Shown here: piece by piece, positions 28,106 through 37,829 of the stretch
Layout of the letters: each line of letters opens with the position of its first letter
Position numbering within the stretch: position 1 is the stretch's first letter
Assembly: GCA_035293285.1 (NCBI GenBank)
Contig: DATDOM010000084.1
Coordinates: 1-61,586 of the forward strand
Length of the DNA: 61,586 nucleotides
Direction of reading: 5' to 3'
Source: Candidatus Nanoarchaeia archaeon
GTDB lineage: Archaea > Nanobdellota > Nanobdellia > Woesearchaeales > GW2011-AR4
The notes under the pieces: generated by a model
What the model was told of the DNA's origin: nothing
The model's input: only the letters and a program-made list of their open reading frames with translations
Databases searched by the model: none
Translations under genes and position numbers: made by a program

Positions 28106-28899
28106 GGGAAAAATACTGGAACATAAAGCAGATTGGGAAAATTCCAAAACTGAAGAATGCAGTTTTTATTGAGGGCCTTCCAGGAATAGGCAATGTCGGA
28201 AAGGTCGCAGTTGATTTTCTGATTGATGAGCTAAAGGCAAAAAAACTTTATGAAATAACCTCTTACACTTTTCCCCATTCTGTTTTTGTGAACGAGGACA
28301 ACCTGGTCGAACTGCCAATTGTAGAGATATTCTACAAGCAGACTCCAAAGTTTGACCTGCTTTTTTTAGGGGGAGACGTGCAGCCTGTTGACGAGATAAG
28401 CTCTTATGAATTCTCAGAAAAAATGCTTGACATTGCCCAAGCATTTGATGCTAAGGAAGTCATTACTCTTGGCGGAATCGGGCTTAATGAAATTCCAAAG
28501 AAGCCAAAAGTCTACTGCACCGGAAACTCAAAAAAAATTATTTCAAAGTACAAAAGCAGTCTTGTAAATAATAACCTTTATGGGGTTGTCGGCCCGATAA
28601 TCGGGGTTTCAGGCCTCTTGGTCGGGCTTGCATCAAGAAGGAACATTGATGCAATATCACTTTTGGCAGAGACTTACGGCCATCCGATGTACCTTGGAAT
28701 AAAAGGCGCAAAAGAGATTTTAACAATATTGGGCAAGAGTTTTGACTTAAAGATTGACATAAACAAGCTTGACCGGGAAATCAAGGACATAGAAGGCGAG
28801 ATTTTGAAAAAATCAGAACAGATGACAAAAGCCACAAAACAGATTGCATTAAATAAAATCCAGGGCAAGCTTGGAAAAGAAACAGATTATATAGGCTGA
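28102..28899 (+). CDS. PAC2-family proteasome assembly chaperone-like protein (COG1938)
   Basis: IEGLPGIGNVGKVAVDFLI and GGIG...GVVGPIIGVSGLL are typical. The position after nop10 matches the conserved archaeal cluster. Confidence 0.7.
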   Translation: MREKYWNIKQIGKIPKLKNAVFIEGLPGIGNVGKVAVDFLIDELKAKKLYEITSYTFPHSVFVNEDNLVELPIVEIFYKQTPKFDLLFLGGDVQPVDEISSYEFSEKMLDIAQAFDAKEVITLGGIGLNEIPKKPKVYCTGNSKKIISKYKSSLVNNNLYGVVGPIIGVSGLLVGLASRRNIDAISLLAETYGHPMYLGIKGAKEILTILGKSFDLKIDINKLDREIKDIEGEILKKSEQMTKATKQIALNKIQGKLGKETDYIG

Positions 28900-28906
28900 T
28901 TTTATT

Positions 28907-29602
28907 CTATGATTTTGGCTTTGGCTTGTAGACAGTTATTCCCATTTTTCCTATTTCTAACGGCACAAGACCGCGCGTATGGCCTGTTCCGCGCATCTTT
29001 ACAATTCTTATTGCCCGCCCAAGCTCTCCGTGCTGGCCGACATAAGAAAGCAAGACAACACTGTCGCAAAACTCATCAAAGCTGAAGTGCGGCATTGAGG
29101 AAGTTGTGTCTGAAAGGCTTTCCTCTTTCTTTCCTGAAGTTATTATTGTCGTGCAGTTCATTACCTTCAAAATTTCCCTGACCTTGAAAATCTGCTTTTT
29201 TCGCTCAAAGTCGTCTTCCATAGGAAGAATCAATGCATTAATCGAGTCTATTACGACCCTTTGCGGCCTAAAAGATGAAATCTCCTGGTTTAAGACAGTA
29301 AGAAAATTTGTCACGCTGTAAGGGGGTATGTAAAATACTTTTATCTTTCCCGCAAGGCCCTCAAAATTCAAGCCAAGGCTTTCAACATCGAGGCGCAGGT
29401 CTTCTTCGGGCTCCTCAAAGGAAATATAGATTCCGCGCTCGTTCAGATATTTTGCACCGTTAATCAGAAACTGGAGTGAGAATATAGTCTTGCCTGTCCC
29501 TGTGACTCCCCCGAGGAGATTTATGGAATTTTGCACAAATCCTCCCTGAGTCATCTCGTCAAACCCGCTTATGCCGCTCTTTACTTTTTTTATCATGGTC
29601 AT
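28907..29602 (-). CDS. KaiC/RecA-superfamily ATPase (single KaiC-like domain)
   Basis: GISGFDEMTQGGF...LLGGVTGTGKTIFSLQFL gives the Walker A motif, VVIDSI the Walker B motif, and MRGTGH also fits. Confidence 0.75.
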   Translation of the reverse strand: MTMIKKVKSGISGFDEMTQGGFVQNSINLLGGVTGTGKTIFSLQFLINGAKYLNERGIYISFEEPEEDLRLDVESLGLNFEGLAGKIKVFYIPPYSVTNFLTVLNQEISSFRPQRVVIDSINALILPMEDDFERKKQIFKVREILKVMNCTTIITSGKKEESLSDTTSSMPHFSFDEFCDSVVLLSYVGQHGELGRAIRIVKMRGTGHTRGLVPLEIGKMGITVYKPKPKS

Positions 29603-29937
29603 TTAAAGAAACTGTCAAGCATGTCATCGAGTATTTTTTCTTCCTGGTTTAAAACCCGATGGTAAGATATAACTGACGCTACAAGAACCAGGATTCCCAA
29701 AATAAACAATACATTGATGTAAACCTGAGTGATTAGGTTATATATCCTGCCAAATACAGCAATTATTATGAAAGCAAAAAAAATGAGAAATCCCTTGTTG
29801 AGGATTGCCATCGAGCGCTCTCTCTGCACTTTTGACTTTTCAATGAGGATGAAAATCATCTGTTTTTCTATATCAGAAAGCTTCCTGCTGGGGAGAGTCC
29901 TAAATTTATCTAGCCATTCCTCTTTTTTTAAATCCAT
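29599..29937 (-). CDS. small two-TM membrane protein co-transcribed with the KaiC-like ATPase
   Basis: Its stop overlaps the ATPase start by 4 nt. Hydrophobic helices are FLIFFAFIIIAVFG and VLFILGILVLVASVI. Confidence 0.45.
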   Translation of the reverse strand: MDLKKEEWLDKFRTLPSRKLSDIEKQMIFILIEKSKVQRERSMAILNKGFLIFFAFIIIAVFGRIYNLITQVYINVLFILGILVLVASVISYHRVLNQEEKILDDMLDSFFK

Positions 29938-30047
29938 CTGATTAGCCTGTATTTAGCTTATTTATAAAATTATCTTTTATTTTGTGCAACTCTTTCAAAC
30001 CCAAATCTATTTAAACCTCTCTTCATAACAACACTTAGGGTGGAAAA

Positions 30048-31031
30048 TTGATAAAAGAGCACTTTAAGCTTATATCCGGAACTGCAAATTTGGCGCTTGC
30101 AGAGGAAGTGGCAAAAATTCTTGATGTGCCGCTCACGCCAGTCCAAATCAAGAAATTTTCTGACGGAGAAATTTACTGCAGAATCCTTGAGAGCGTCAGG
30201 GGATGCGATGTTTTCATAATCCAGCCGACGTCAAGCCCTGCAAATGACAATCTCATGGAACTTCTGATAATGGTTGACGCACTTAAAAGGTCATCACCAG
30301 AAAGAGTTAATGCAGTTATTCCTTACTACGGATACTGCAGGCAGGACAAGAAATCAAAGCCGCGCGAGCCGATTACTGCAAAGCTTGTCTCAAACATGGT
30401 GCAGGGGGCTGGAGTGAGCCGTGTAATCACATTTGAGCTTCACGTGGCGCAGGTACAGGGTTTTTTTGACATACCAAGCGATAATCTTGATGTTATCCCC
30501 TTATTTGCAGATTACATAATCAACAAAGTCAAGGGCGAAATAGTAATTGTGAGCCCGGATGCAGGAGGAGCTGCGCGTGCGCGCTCTTATGCAAAAGTAT
30601 TCAATGCGCCGATTGCAATCGTTGACAAAAGAAGGCCTGAACAGAATGTTGCAAAAGTTGAAAATGTCATTGGAGATGTCAAGGGAAAGACCGCAGTATT
30701 AATCGATGACATGATAGACACTGCAGGCTCGGTAACTGAGGCAGCGGCAATTTTGAAAAAATTTGGCGCGAAGGAAGTTTATGCGCTTGCAACTCATGGG
30801 GTGCTTTCAGACCCGGCAATAGAAAGAATTTCAAAATCACAATTAAAGGAAGTTGTAGTCACAAACACAATAAACATCCCAAAAGAGAAAAGAATAAGCA
30901 AGATCAAGATATTGTCAATTGCGCCGCTACTTGCCGAAACCATAAAGAGAACCCATGAAGGGCTTCCGATGGGTGTGGTTTACGAAGAAATGCACAAAAA
31001 ACTGAAAAGGAAGATTGGAAAGCATGAATGA
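30048..31031 (+). CDS. prs: ribose-phosphate pyrophosphokinase
   Basis: ELHVAQVQGFFDIP, VSPDAGGAARA and VLIDDMIDTAGS are present. The TTG start lies 6 nt after GGGTGGA. Confidence 0.85.
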   Translation: MIKEHFKLISGTANLALAEEVAKILDVPLTPVQIKKFSDGEIYCRILESVRGCDVFIIQPTSSPANDNLMELLIMVDALKRSSPERVNAVIPYYGYCRQDKKSKPREPITAKLVSNMVQGAGVSRVITFELHVAQVQGFFDIPSDNLDVIPLFADYIINKVKGEIVIVSPDAGGAARARSYAKVFNAPIAIVDKRRPEQNVAKVENVIGDVKGKTAVLIDDMIDTAGSVTEAAAILKKFGAKEVYALATHGVLSDPAIERISKSQLKEVVVTNTINIPKEKRISKIKILSIAPLLAETIKRTHEGLPMGVVYEEMHKKLKRKIGKHE

Positions 31032-31446
31032 ACCTGAAAAAAAAGCGCAGCAGCTCTACTCTGAATTTCAGATGATAGATGCGAACGTAAAGCAGCTTCA
31101 AAGGCAGCTTGAGCTTGCAACACAGCAGATTATGGAGATATCCTCAACAAGCCAAAGCCTTGACGAATTTGAAAAAATCCAAAGCGGAAAGGAAATCCTG
31201 GTGCCGCTTAGTTCCGGTATTTTTGCAAAGGCATCAATTAAGGATAACTCTGAACTTTTGGTAAATGTCGGCTCAAATGTAGTAGTTTCCAAGGATGTCG
31301 CTTCAACAAAGGCGCTTTTGCAAAAACAGCTTGAAGAGGTCAGAAGCGTGCATTCCCAGATGAATAATGAGCTTGAGAAGATGATCCACAGGGCAACAAA
31401 AATACAGGTTGAACTCTCCGGACTGGTCGGCGAAAATAATTTCTGA
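31024..31446 (+). CDS. pfdA: prefoldin alpha subunit
   Basis: Coiled coil, then the beta hairpins ILVPLSSGIFAKASIKDNSELLVNVGSNVVVSKD, then coiled coil. It lies upstream of ftsY, as in many archaea. Confidence 0.7.
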   Translation: MNEPEKKAQQLYSEFQMIDANVKQLQRQLELATQQIMEISSTSQSLDEFEKIQSGKEILVPLSSGIFAKASIKDNSELLVNVGSNVVVSKDVASTKALLQKQLEEVRSVHSQMNNELEKMIHRATKIQVELSGLVGENNF

Positions 31447-31451
31447 ATAAA

Positions 31452-32981
31452 ATGTTCAAGTTTCTTAAAGAAAAGCTGAAAGGCGCAATTTCAAAGATTT
31501 CTGAGGGCGTTGAAAAGGAAGGCAAGGTAGAGGAAACAATAGTTGAAAGGGCTGCAGAGGAAAATCCTAAAGAAGGAAAAGGATTTTTTTCAAAGCTAAA
31601 AGAAAAATTTACCGGAAAAGAAGAAACAAAAAAAGCTGAAGAACCTAATAGCGGGAAAATAATAGCTGAGGCGAAAAAAGCAGAAGAAAAAAAACATGAA
31701 CCTGCCCAGGCGAAAAAAGAAGAGCCTGTTTTTGAAAAGCCAAAGCTTGAGCATCATGAGCCAAAACACAAAGAGGAGGTTAAATTAAAAGAAGAAATAA
31801 AAGAACACAAAAAAGAAACTCATCATATTAAAGAAGAACCAAAAAAGGAATTTAGGCATGAAATAAAAAAACACGAAGAAACGCTTGAGAAAAAAGAAAT
31901 AATGGAGTACAAGCATGAGACAAAGGCTGAGCAGGAAATTTCTCTCAAAAAACCAAAATTCGAAGTAGAAGAAAAAAAAGAGATTGAAGTCAGGGAAGAA
32001 GCCCGGGCATTAGAAGAACCCATAAATGAGCAAACTCCCCAATTAAAAACTGAAACAAAAACAGAAATAAAAAAAGAATCCATACAGGAGCCTGAAAAGA
32101 AGGGATTTTTCCAGACTATAAAAGAAAAAATCATAACGACAAAAATCAACGAAGAGCAGTTTCAAAACTTATTCTGGGAGCTTGAGCTTGCACTTATGGA
32201 AAACAATGTCGCAGTTGAGGTCATTGATAAGATAAAAAATGACCTGAAATTGCAGCTTGTTGAAAAGCCGATAAGGCGAACAAAAGTTGAGGAGACAATT
32301 GAAGAAACTCTTAAGGATTCAATTAAAAGCCTTTTCCAAAATTCTGATTTTAATCTGATTGACGAGATAAAACAGAAAAAGGAAAAGCCCTATGTTATTG
32401 CATTTATCGGAATAAACGGAAGCGGAAAGACAACAAGCATTGCAAAGCTTGCAAATTTGCTAAAGGAAAATGGATTTTCTTGTGTTCTTGCAGCTTCAGA
32501 CACATTCCGGGCAGCGTCGATAGAGCAACTTCAGCTTCACGCTGACAAACTTAATATTAAGATGATTAAGCATGATTATGGCTCAGACCCTGCTGCCGTT
32601 GCATTTGACGCAATCAAGCACGCAAAGGCAAAAAACATTGATGTTGTCCTGATTGACACTGCAGGAAGAATGCACTCAAACTCAAACTTAATTGACGAGA
32701 TGAAAAAAATAATGAGGGTTGCAAAGCCAGACATCAAGATATTTGTTGGTGAGAGCATAACTGGAAATGACTGCGTTGAGCAGGCAAGGACATTTAATGA
32801 AGCTGTTGGGATTGACGGAATAATCCTTTCAAAAGCAGACATTGACGAGAAGGGCGGCGCCGCAATTTCTGTTTCTTATGTTACAAAAAAACCCATTTTG
32901 TATTTGGGGATGGGGCAGGAATACAAGGACCTTGAAATTTTCAGCAAAGAAAGGATAATTAAAAATATCGGGCTTGAATAA
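31452..32981 (+). CDS. ftsY: signal recognition particle receptor FtsY with long K/E-rich N-terminal region
   Basis: The NG domain has GINGSGKTTSIAKLA, DTAGRMH and LSKADIDEKGG. The first ~230 aa are a Lys/Glu-rich low-complexity A-domain. Confidence 0.9.
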   Translation: MFKFLKEKLKGAISKISEGVEKEGKVEETIVERAAEENPKEGKGFFSKLKEKFTGKEETKKAEEPNSGKIIAEAKKAEEKKHEPAQAKKEEPVFEKPKLEHHEPKHKEEVKLKEEIKEHKKETHHIKEEPKKEFRHEIKKHEETLEKKEIMEYKHETKAEQEISLKKPKFEVEEKKEIEVREEARALEEPINEQTPQLKTETKTEIKKESIQEPEKKGFFQTIKEKIITTKINEEQFQNLFWELELALMENNVAVEVIDKIKNDLKLQLVEKPIRRTKVEETIEETLKDSIKSLFQNSDFNLIDEIKQKKEKPYVIAFIGINGSGKTTSIAKLANLLKENGFSCVLAASDTFRAASIEQLQLHADKLNIKMIKHDYGSDPAAVAFDAIKHAKAKNIDVVLIDTAGRMHSNSNLIDEMKKIMRVAKPDIKIFVGESITGNDCVEQARTFNEAVGIDGIILSKADIDEKGGAAISVSYVTKKPILYLGMGQEYKDLEIFSKERIIKNIGLE

Positions 32982-32996
32982 ATATACTTTCTGATT

Positions 32997-33659
32997 TTAT
33001 TGAAATTCAATTTCCCCGTCAAGGTAAACTCCCTGATAAAGCTTTACCGGGCGCCAGTCATCAAAAACCAAATCTGCTTCAAGCCAGTCAGCAAGCTCTT
33101 TTGCATTGCCTATTGTTGCGCTGAGGCCAATGACCTGGAGATTTTTCAGCAGCTTTTTCAATATTGTGATAATAATTTCAAGAGTAGGCCCTCGCTGCTG
33201 GTCATTCAGAAGATGGATTTCATCAATAATCAATACAGTTATTGAGCTTAGCCACTGCGCATTGTGCCTTGTAAGCGAATCGAGCTTTTCTGAGGTTGTT
33301 ACAATCAAGTCATATTCTGAAAGATAGTCGTCCGCTGAATCAATGTCTCCAATTGTGAGGGCGACTTTTGCCAGGCTTCCATATCTTTTTTTAAAGTGCT
33401 TGTATTTTTCGGAAGCGAGCGCCTTTAGGGGCGCAATGTAAATTGCCTTTCCGTTTTCTGAAACTATCGACTTCATTGCTGCAAGCTCTGCAACCAAAGT
33501 CTTGCCTGATGCTGTTGGAGTGCACACCAAAAGATTTTTTTTGTCAAGCAGGCCTTTTTCTATTGACTTTTCCTGCGCAGGCCTAAGCTCTTTTATTTCT
33601 TTTTCGAGAATTTCATAAATCTCTTTTGGAATGCTGTTTTTAATCTGTTTTAATTCCAT
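32997..33659 (-). CDS. Hel308/Ski2-like helicase, N-terminal RecA1 domain only (truncated or split gene)
   Basis: Motifs Q/I (VCTPTASGKT), Ia (APLKALA), II (DEIH) and III (SAT) are present. The ORF stops right after WRPVKL, about 220 aa versus the ~700 aa expected. No second RecA domain is nearby. Confidence 0.6.
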   Translation of the reverse strand: MELKQIKNSIPKEIYEILEKEIKELRPAQEKSIEKGLLDKKNLLVCTPTASGKTLVAELAAMKSIVSENGKAIYIAPLKALASEKYKHFKKRYGSLAKVALTIGDIDSADDYLSEYDLIVTTSEKLDSLTRHNAQWLSSITVLIIDEIHLLNDQQRGPTLEIIITILKKLLKNLQVIGLSATIGNAKELADWLEADLVFDDWRPVKLYQGVYLDGEIEFQ

Positions 33660-33683
33660 TGTGATAGTAAACCCATGTTGTTT

Positions 33684-34466
33684 TTAAATATTTTGAGTTG
33701 CGGCATGGCCGTTGGAATAAATTTCAAGCAATGTTTTGGCACCTATGGCCCGTCTATGATGCTCAACAACCCCCCTTCTGAAATCCCGATACTGCTTGTG
33801 GGTAAACGGCATTTCAACAGAAGACGTTTCTTGGAATTTATGGCAAATTGAACTTATGTTTGATTCTTTAGGTGTTACCATAATAAGCCCGGAGTTTTGG
33901 AAAATATAGGGATATTTTCTTTGCTGCTCCCTAAAATTATGGTGTTTTGATTCCATATATTCTTTCCTTCCGTGTAATGTATATTCACATATTGCAATAA
34001 CCCTGTAAATTCCATTGGCTTTTTCAATCAACAATCCGTCAGGAACTCCAATTCCTTCAATTGAGCTAAGGTCAAAATCCTGAGATAATACTTCCCTGTT
34101 TGAATAAATCCATCTAAAAAAATTTAAAGTATTGTTTGGTGAGACAACAACTCTATCAGGGGGCTGAAGTGAAGTGAAATAATGGTGGGACATGGATTCA
34201 TATAATCCTCCTGCCAATTCCCTTTCGAATATTGGAATTTTCTCCTGTTCCAAGATTATTGCTTTGTCCACAGCTTCTTCGTAAACACGCCTAAAAGATG
34301 TACTTTTTTTGAACCAGCTCATCAGCTCCTTTCTGTTGTTTCCGGAGCTATATTTTTCATCACCCTGCTGTTGCAGTGCAATATAATCCAGCACACTCGC
34401 TATTAAATTAGCCCTAAAATCTTCCAAAACAACAGTGTCCAATGTGTTGAAAGCAGCTGCGCTCAT
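33684..34466 (-). CDS. hypothetical protein, possible PD-(D/E)xK-like nuclease fold
   Basis: The ORF lies 24 nt upstream of the truncated helicase on the same strand. The segment GVPDGLLIEKANGIYRVIAICEYTL is a weak PD...E.x signature. The start is set at MSAAAF to avoid overlapping the divergent gene. Confidence 0.35.
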   Translation of the reverse strand: MSAAAFNTLDTVVLEDFRANLIASVLDYIALQQQGDEKYSSGNNRKELMSWFKKSTSFRRVYEEAVDKAIILEQEKIPIFERELAGGLYESMSHHYFTSLQPPDRVVVSPNNTLNFFRWIYSNREVLSQDFDLSSIEGIGVPDGLLIEKANGIYRVIAICEYTLHGRKEYMESKHHNFREQQRKYPYIFQNSGLIMVTPKESNISSICHKFQETSSVEMPFTHKQYRDFRRGVVEHHRRAIGAKTLLEIYSNGHAATQNI

Positions 34467-34551
34467 TTGACATAAGAAATTGAGTATCATAATAAACTTT
34501 ACCCTCTCCAATAGGCTAATTTTATAAACATAAGCAAATGCTTTCAAAAAA

Positions 34552-34998
34552 ATGAAAACATGGGTACATACACTTGCTTCTTTGATTTTGGCGGCAATCC
34601 TGTACAAATGGGCAGGCTTGCTTTCTGGAATTGTCCTGATAAGCGGTGTTTTAATTGACGGCGATCACTTCTTATGGCACCTTTACAATACAAAAAATTT
34701 TAGCCTGAAAAAATGCTATGATTACTTCATCAAGACTTCTGAAAAAGGAAGAGTTCACGAAAACGACGGCATTTTGCTAATCTTCCACACAATTGAAGCC
34801 CTTATAGCTTTAGCGGTTTTGTCATTTTATTCAAAAATTATTTTGGTTTTCACAATTGGGATACTCCTGCACTATGCACTTGATTTAATCTGGCTGTATA
34901 GCATCCCTGGCTCGTTTATTGCCGACCATTCATTAATCCACTGGATTATAAAAACAAATTCAAAAGCTTTAAATAACTTAAACCTTAAGAAACCCTGA
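34552..34998 (+). CDS. small integral membrane protein
   Basis: Four hydrophobic helices. Its TGA overlaps the ATG of the downstream galT-like gene. Confidence 0.45.
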   Translation: MKTWVHTLASLILAAILYKWAGLLSGIVLISGVLIDGDHFLWHLYNTKNFSLKKCYDYFIKTSEKGRVHENDGILLIFHTIEALIALAVLSFYSKIILVFTIGILLHYALDLIWLYSIPGSFIADHSLIHWIIKTNSKALNNLNLKKP

Positions 34999-35936
34999 TG
35001 GGAATTTTAAGAAAGGATTATATTCTTGACCGCTGGGTTTATTATGCCATAGACAGAAAGAAAAGGCCGCACGATTTCAAGTCAGTTGAATTAAGGGAAA
35101 AATCAAAGTTCTGCTTTTTCTGCCCGTCAAATGAGCACCTTACTCCGGAAGAGATAGGCAGGCTTGAATACAAGAATGACTGGAAAATGCGCTGGTTTCT
35201 AAACAAGTTTCCTGCAATTGAGCAAAAAGGGAAGCCATTTTTTAAATCAAAGAAATTCTTTTTTGAGGGCAATGCTTACGGAATCCATGAAGTCATAGTT
35301 GAAACAAGGCATCATAAATCCCAGCTTGCTGATTTGCCTGTAAGCGAGATTGAAGAGCTTTTTGGAATCTACAAATTCAGGATAAATTACCTAAGCAGGA
35401 CAAAGGGGATAAAATATGTTTTGGTTTTCAAGAATTTTGGAAAAGATGCCGGCACTTCGCTTTCGCACAGCCATTCCCAGGTTGTTGCACTGCCACAGGT
35501 CCCTTCTTTGGTCCAGGCAGAATGCGATGCTGCCAAGAAATTCAAAAAATGCCCCCATTGTGAAATCATAAGACTTGAATTAAATTCAAAAAGGAAAATA
35601 TTTGAAACGGAAAATGTCATAGCAATTGCGCCTTACGCGTCAGTGTTTAATTACGAGGCGCACATATTCGTCAAAAAACACAAAAGGACTTTTGATGAGC
35701 TTGAGGAAAATGAAGTCAGGGATTTGGCAAGAGCACTCAAGCTTATAATTGTAAAATTAAAATCCATCAATGCGTCCTACAACTATTATGTACATTACTC
35801 TCCCAAAAACGAGGACCTCCATTTTCATATCGAAGTAACTCCGAGGACTGCGCTTTGGGGCGGATTTGAGCTTGGAACAGGATGTATTATCAATTCTGTG
35901 ATGCCGGAAGATGCTGCAAAGTTTTACAGAGGATAA
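34998..35936 (+). CDS. galT: galactose-1-phosphate uridylyltransferase-family (HIT superfamily branch III) nucleotidyltransferase
   Basis: It has the CFFCP zinc site and the active-site SHSHSQVVALP (HxHxQ), with two HIT-like halves. Confidence 0.7.
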   Translation: MGILRKDYILDRWVYYAIDRKKRPHDFKSVELREKSKFCFFCPSNEHLTPEEIGRLEYKNDWKMRWFLNKFPAIEQKGKPFFKSKKFFFEGNAYGIHEVIVETRHHKSQLADLPVSEIEELFGIYKFRINYLSRTKGIKYVLVFKNFGKDAGTSLSHSHSQVVALPQVPSLVQAECDAAKKFKKCPHCEIIRLELNSKRKIFETENVIAIAPYASVFNYEAHIFVKKHKRTFDELEENEVRDLARALKLIIVKLKSINASYNYYVHYSPKNEDLHFHIEVTPRTALWGGFELGTGCIINSVMPEDAAKFYRG

Positions 35937-35941
35937 GAAAT

Positions 35942-37354
35942 TTATGCAGCATATACCAGCTTGTCATTAATGATTTTTGGACTAATCCCCTTGAAAGCAT
36001 TTCTGACGTTTTCTTCTAGCACTCCCTTCCATCCTTTTGGTCCGAGAACGAGATACTCTCCTGTTACAACATGCCGGTATTTATTGTCCCTCACTTTATA
36101 ATACATTTCTTCAGGAGCAATATGGACTATCCTGATTTCTTTGACTTTTTTGCATTTTTCAATCATATACCTTAAGGAAGAATCTTCCATTAGGTGCCCT
36201 TCTGTGTTGTCAGGCCTTCCATATTTGCCAGTGCCTTCTCTGGAGATACCCCCTTCCAACAATTGAGTTGCCGTTCCAATTTGATGCATTTTGTTGTTGC
36301 GCTGGGCCCATCTCCAATTATATTCAACTAATTTTTTTAACAATCTGCTGTCAGGAAGCTCAAGCCCTAATGGATATCCCCTGTAAGGGTCAAAATCAAA
36401 CAAACCTGGAGTTCTTTTAAACAGGATTACTACTTCTGCTCCATAAAATTCCGCTATTGCCAGGGTTTGTGTGTCGGAATCTTGCAATGGTATTTGATAT
36501 TTGACACATATCCAGTGGGGCGGAGTCGCAAGCAGCACCACATTTTTTGACAACAATTTTTTGTCTATAAGATAGAAAGCGCCCGTTTTTATAAACTTGG
36601 CATTGCTTCCAAAATGAAATTGCAAGTCTTCCAAATTGTCCTCAAGGGCTTTTGCCATATTCTTTGGATAAGAATGTATGAATCTTGGATTATGGACATA
36701 TTTTTTTACCTTGGATTTTATTATTTCTCCTCTTTGACCAGCGCCAGAAGTAATAATCATACTCTGCCCTTCTTTTTGAATTTCAGCTAAAATCTGGCAC
36801 AAAGTTTCTGTATTCCAGCTGTTAGGGTTTTGCAGGTCAAAATCGTCGGCGCTTCCTCCGTATTTGCCCACTACCAGCCCCGGATTTTGCATTTCACTTC
36901 TGAAAATATTGGTAACCCATTCAATCAGCGCTTTTGTCTCCTGGGCGGAATAAACGGCACCAGCTCTTGCGCATCGTGAATTCAAATCAGTATCCAGCCC
37001 GGCCCCAACAACCATCTGGGGCATGAATGGGTCATGCCTTTTTATTTTGGAGATTTTACCAGCACTCCCAATCTCTCTTTCCACTTGGCCGGATTCGTAA
37101 ATCATTAGTGAATATTTGGGAGGCTCATATGCAGGATTTTCCCTGACTTTGCTGACTGACTCATCTAAATTATTAGTAAGTACAAATTCAACACCGCAAT
37201 ACTGGAACACGCCTAATTTTCTCATGTTGTCCACATTCCAGCTAAACGGCATTTCGCCGCTTCCGAACTTTTTGCTGAAAGCACCCATAACTCCCTGCAG
37301 TATCATGTTGTTTGGGTCGCAAACCAGCACTCTTGCCTCCAAGCCGTTTTCCAT
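35942..37354 (-). CDS. amino-acid-kinase (AAK) superfamily protein with ~170-aa N-terminal extension
   Basis: VVGKYGGS, IITSGAG and DSDTQTLAIAEFYGAEVVILFKRTPGLFDFDP resemble the AAK motifs of the uridylate/isopentenyl-phosphate kinase fold. The start at 37354 (MENGLEARV) fits a TTTTAAATA box centred ~33 nt upstream. Confidence 0.45.
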   Translation of the reverse strand: MENGLEARVLVCDPNNMILQGVMGAFSKKFGSGEMPFSWNVDNMRKLGVFQYCGVEFVLTNNLDESVSKVRENPAYEPPKYSLMIYESGQVEREIGSAGKISKIKRHDPFMPQMVVGAGLDTDLNSRCARAGAVYSAQETKALIEWVTNIFRSEMQNPGLVVGKYGGSADDFDLQNPNSWNTETLCQILAEIQKEGQSMIITSGAGQRGEIIKSKVKKYVHNPRFIHSYPKNMAKALEDNLEDLQFHFGSNAKFIKTGAFYLIDKKLLSKNVVLLATPPHWICVKYQIPLQDSDTQTLAIAEFYGAEVVILFKRTPGLFDFDPYRGYPLGLELPDSRLLKKLVEYNWRWAQRNNKMHQIGTATQLLEGGISREGTGKYGRPDNTEGHLMEDSSLRYMIEKCKKVKEIRIVHIAPEEMYYKVRDNKYRHVVTGEYLVLGPKGWKGVLEENVRNAFKGISPKIINDKLVYAA

Positions 37355-37403
37355 AAAATTCAACCAATGGGAAAACAAGAGGCTATTTAAAAGTTACCAC
37401 TTC

Positions 37404-37450
37404 AAAATAAATAAAAATCCTACCTGCCGCCCCGCCATAAACAGGACGGC
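37404..37450 (-). terminator. GC-rich hairpin plus T-tracts after the small-ORF unit
   Basis: The minus strand reads GCCGTCC-11 nt-GGGCGGC (7 bp, one G.U) followed by AGGTAGGATTTTTATTTATTTT. Confidence 0.5.
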
Positions 37451-37456
37451 TTAAAG

Positions 37457-37576
37457 CTATAAATGCGCATTTGTAGGGCCTTTTAATAACCTAAAAAGCC
37501 CATTTATTCCTAAGATTACTGAAACTAGTTTTTCTCCATTACTTGACACTTTGCACGGCCCGTTTTCTTTTTCCAT
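37457..37576 (-). CDS. small ORF 2 (39 aa), hypothetical
   Basis: MEKENGPCKVSSNGEKLVSVILGINGLFRLLKGPTNAHL. The ATG is preceded by AAAGGTGACAAA and lies 13 nt after the stop of small ORF 1. Confidence 0.3.
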   Translation of the reverse strand: MEKENGPCKVSSNGEKLVSVILGINGLFRLLKGPTNAHL

Positions 37577-37589
37577 TTTGTCACCTTTT

Positions 37590-37685
37590 TCACTTGTAGT
37601 CGTCATTCCTGTTGTTAAAATCAACGCATACAAGGTTCTCAAAAAAATCCTCTGCATTTGAATTGTTCATGTTTGCTCTATTCAT
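37590..37685 (-). CDS. small ORF 1 (31 aa, Asn-rich), hypothetical
   Basis: MNRANMNNSNAEDFFENLVCVDFNNRNDDYK. It is preceded by GGAAGGAGGTAAGAAA-ATG. The ORF is below the track size cut-off. Confidence 0.4.
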   Translation of the reverse strand: MNRANMNNSNAEDFFENLVCVDFNNRNDDYK

Positions 37686-37692
37686 TTTCTTA

Positions 37693-37697
37693 CCTCC
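37693..37697 (-). promoter_or_regulatory. Shine-Dalgarno GGAGG for small ORF 1
   Basis: GGAGG lies 7 nt upstream of the ATG at 37685. AT-rich TATA-like boxes lie at 37718-37743 on the same strand. Confidence 0.5.
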
Positions 37698-37829
37698 TTC
37701 CGTGTTTTTCATATAAACTATATAATGCCCCAAGTATATATTCTTTTTTTATATTAAATATATCCAGAATATAGCAACATATTTAGAATATACTCAAGCG
37801 ATATATTTATATAAACTAATCCTTTACTT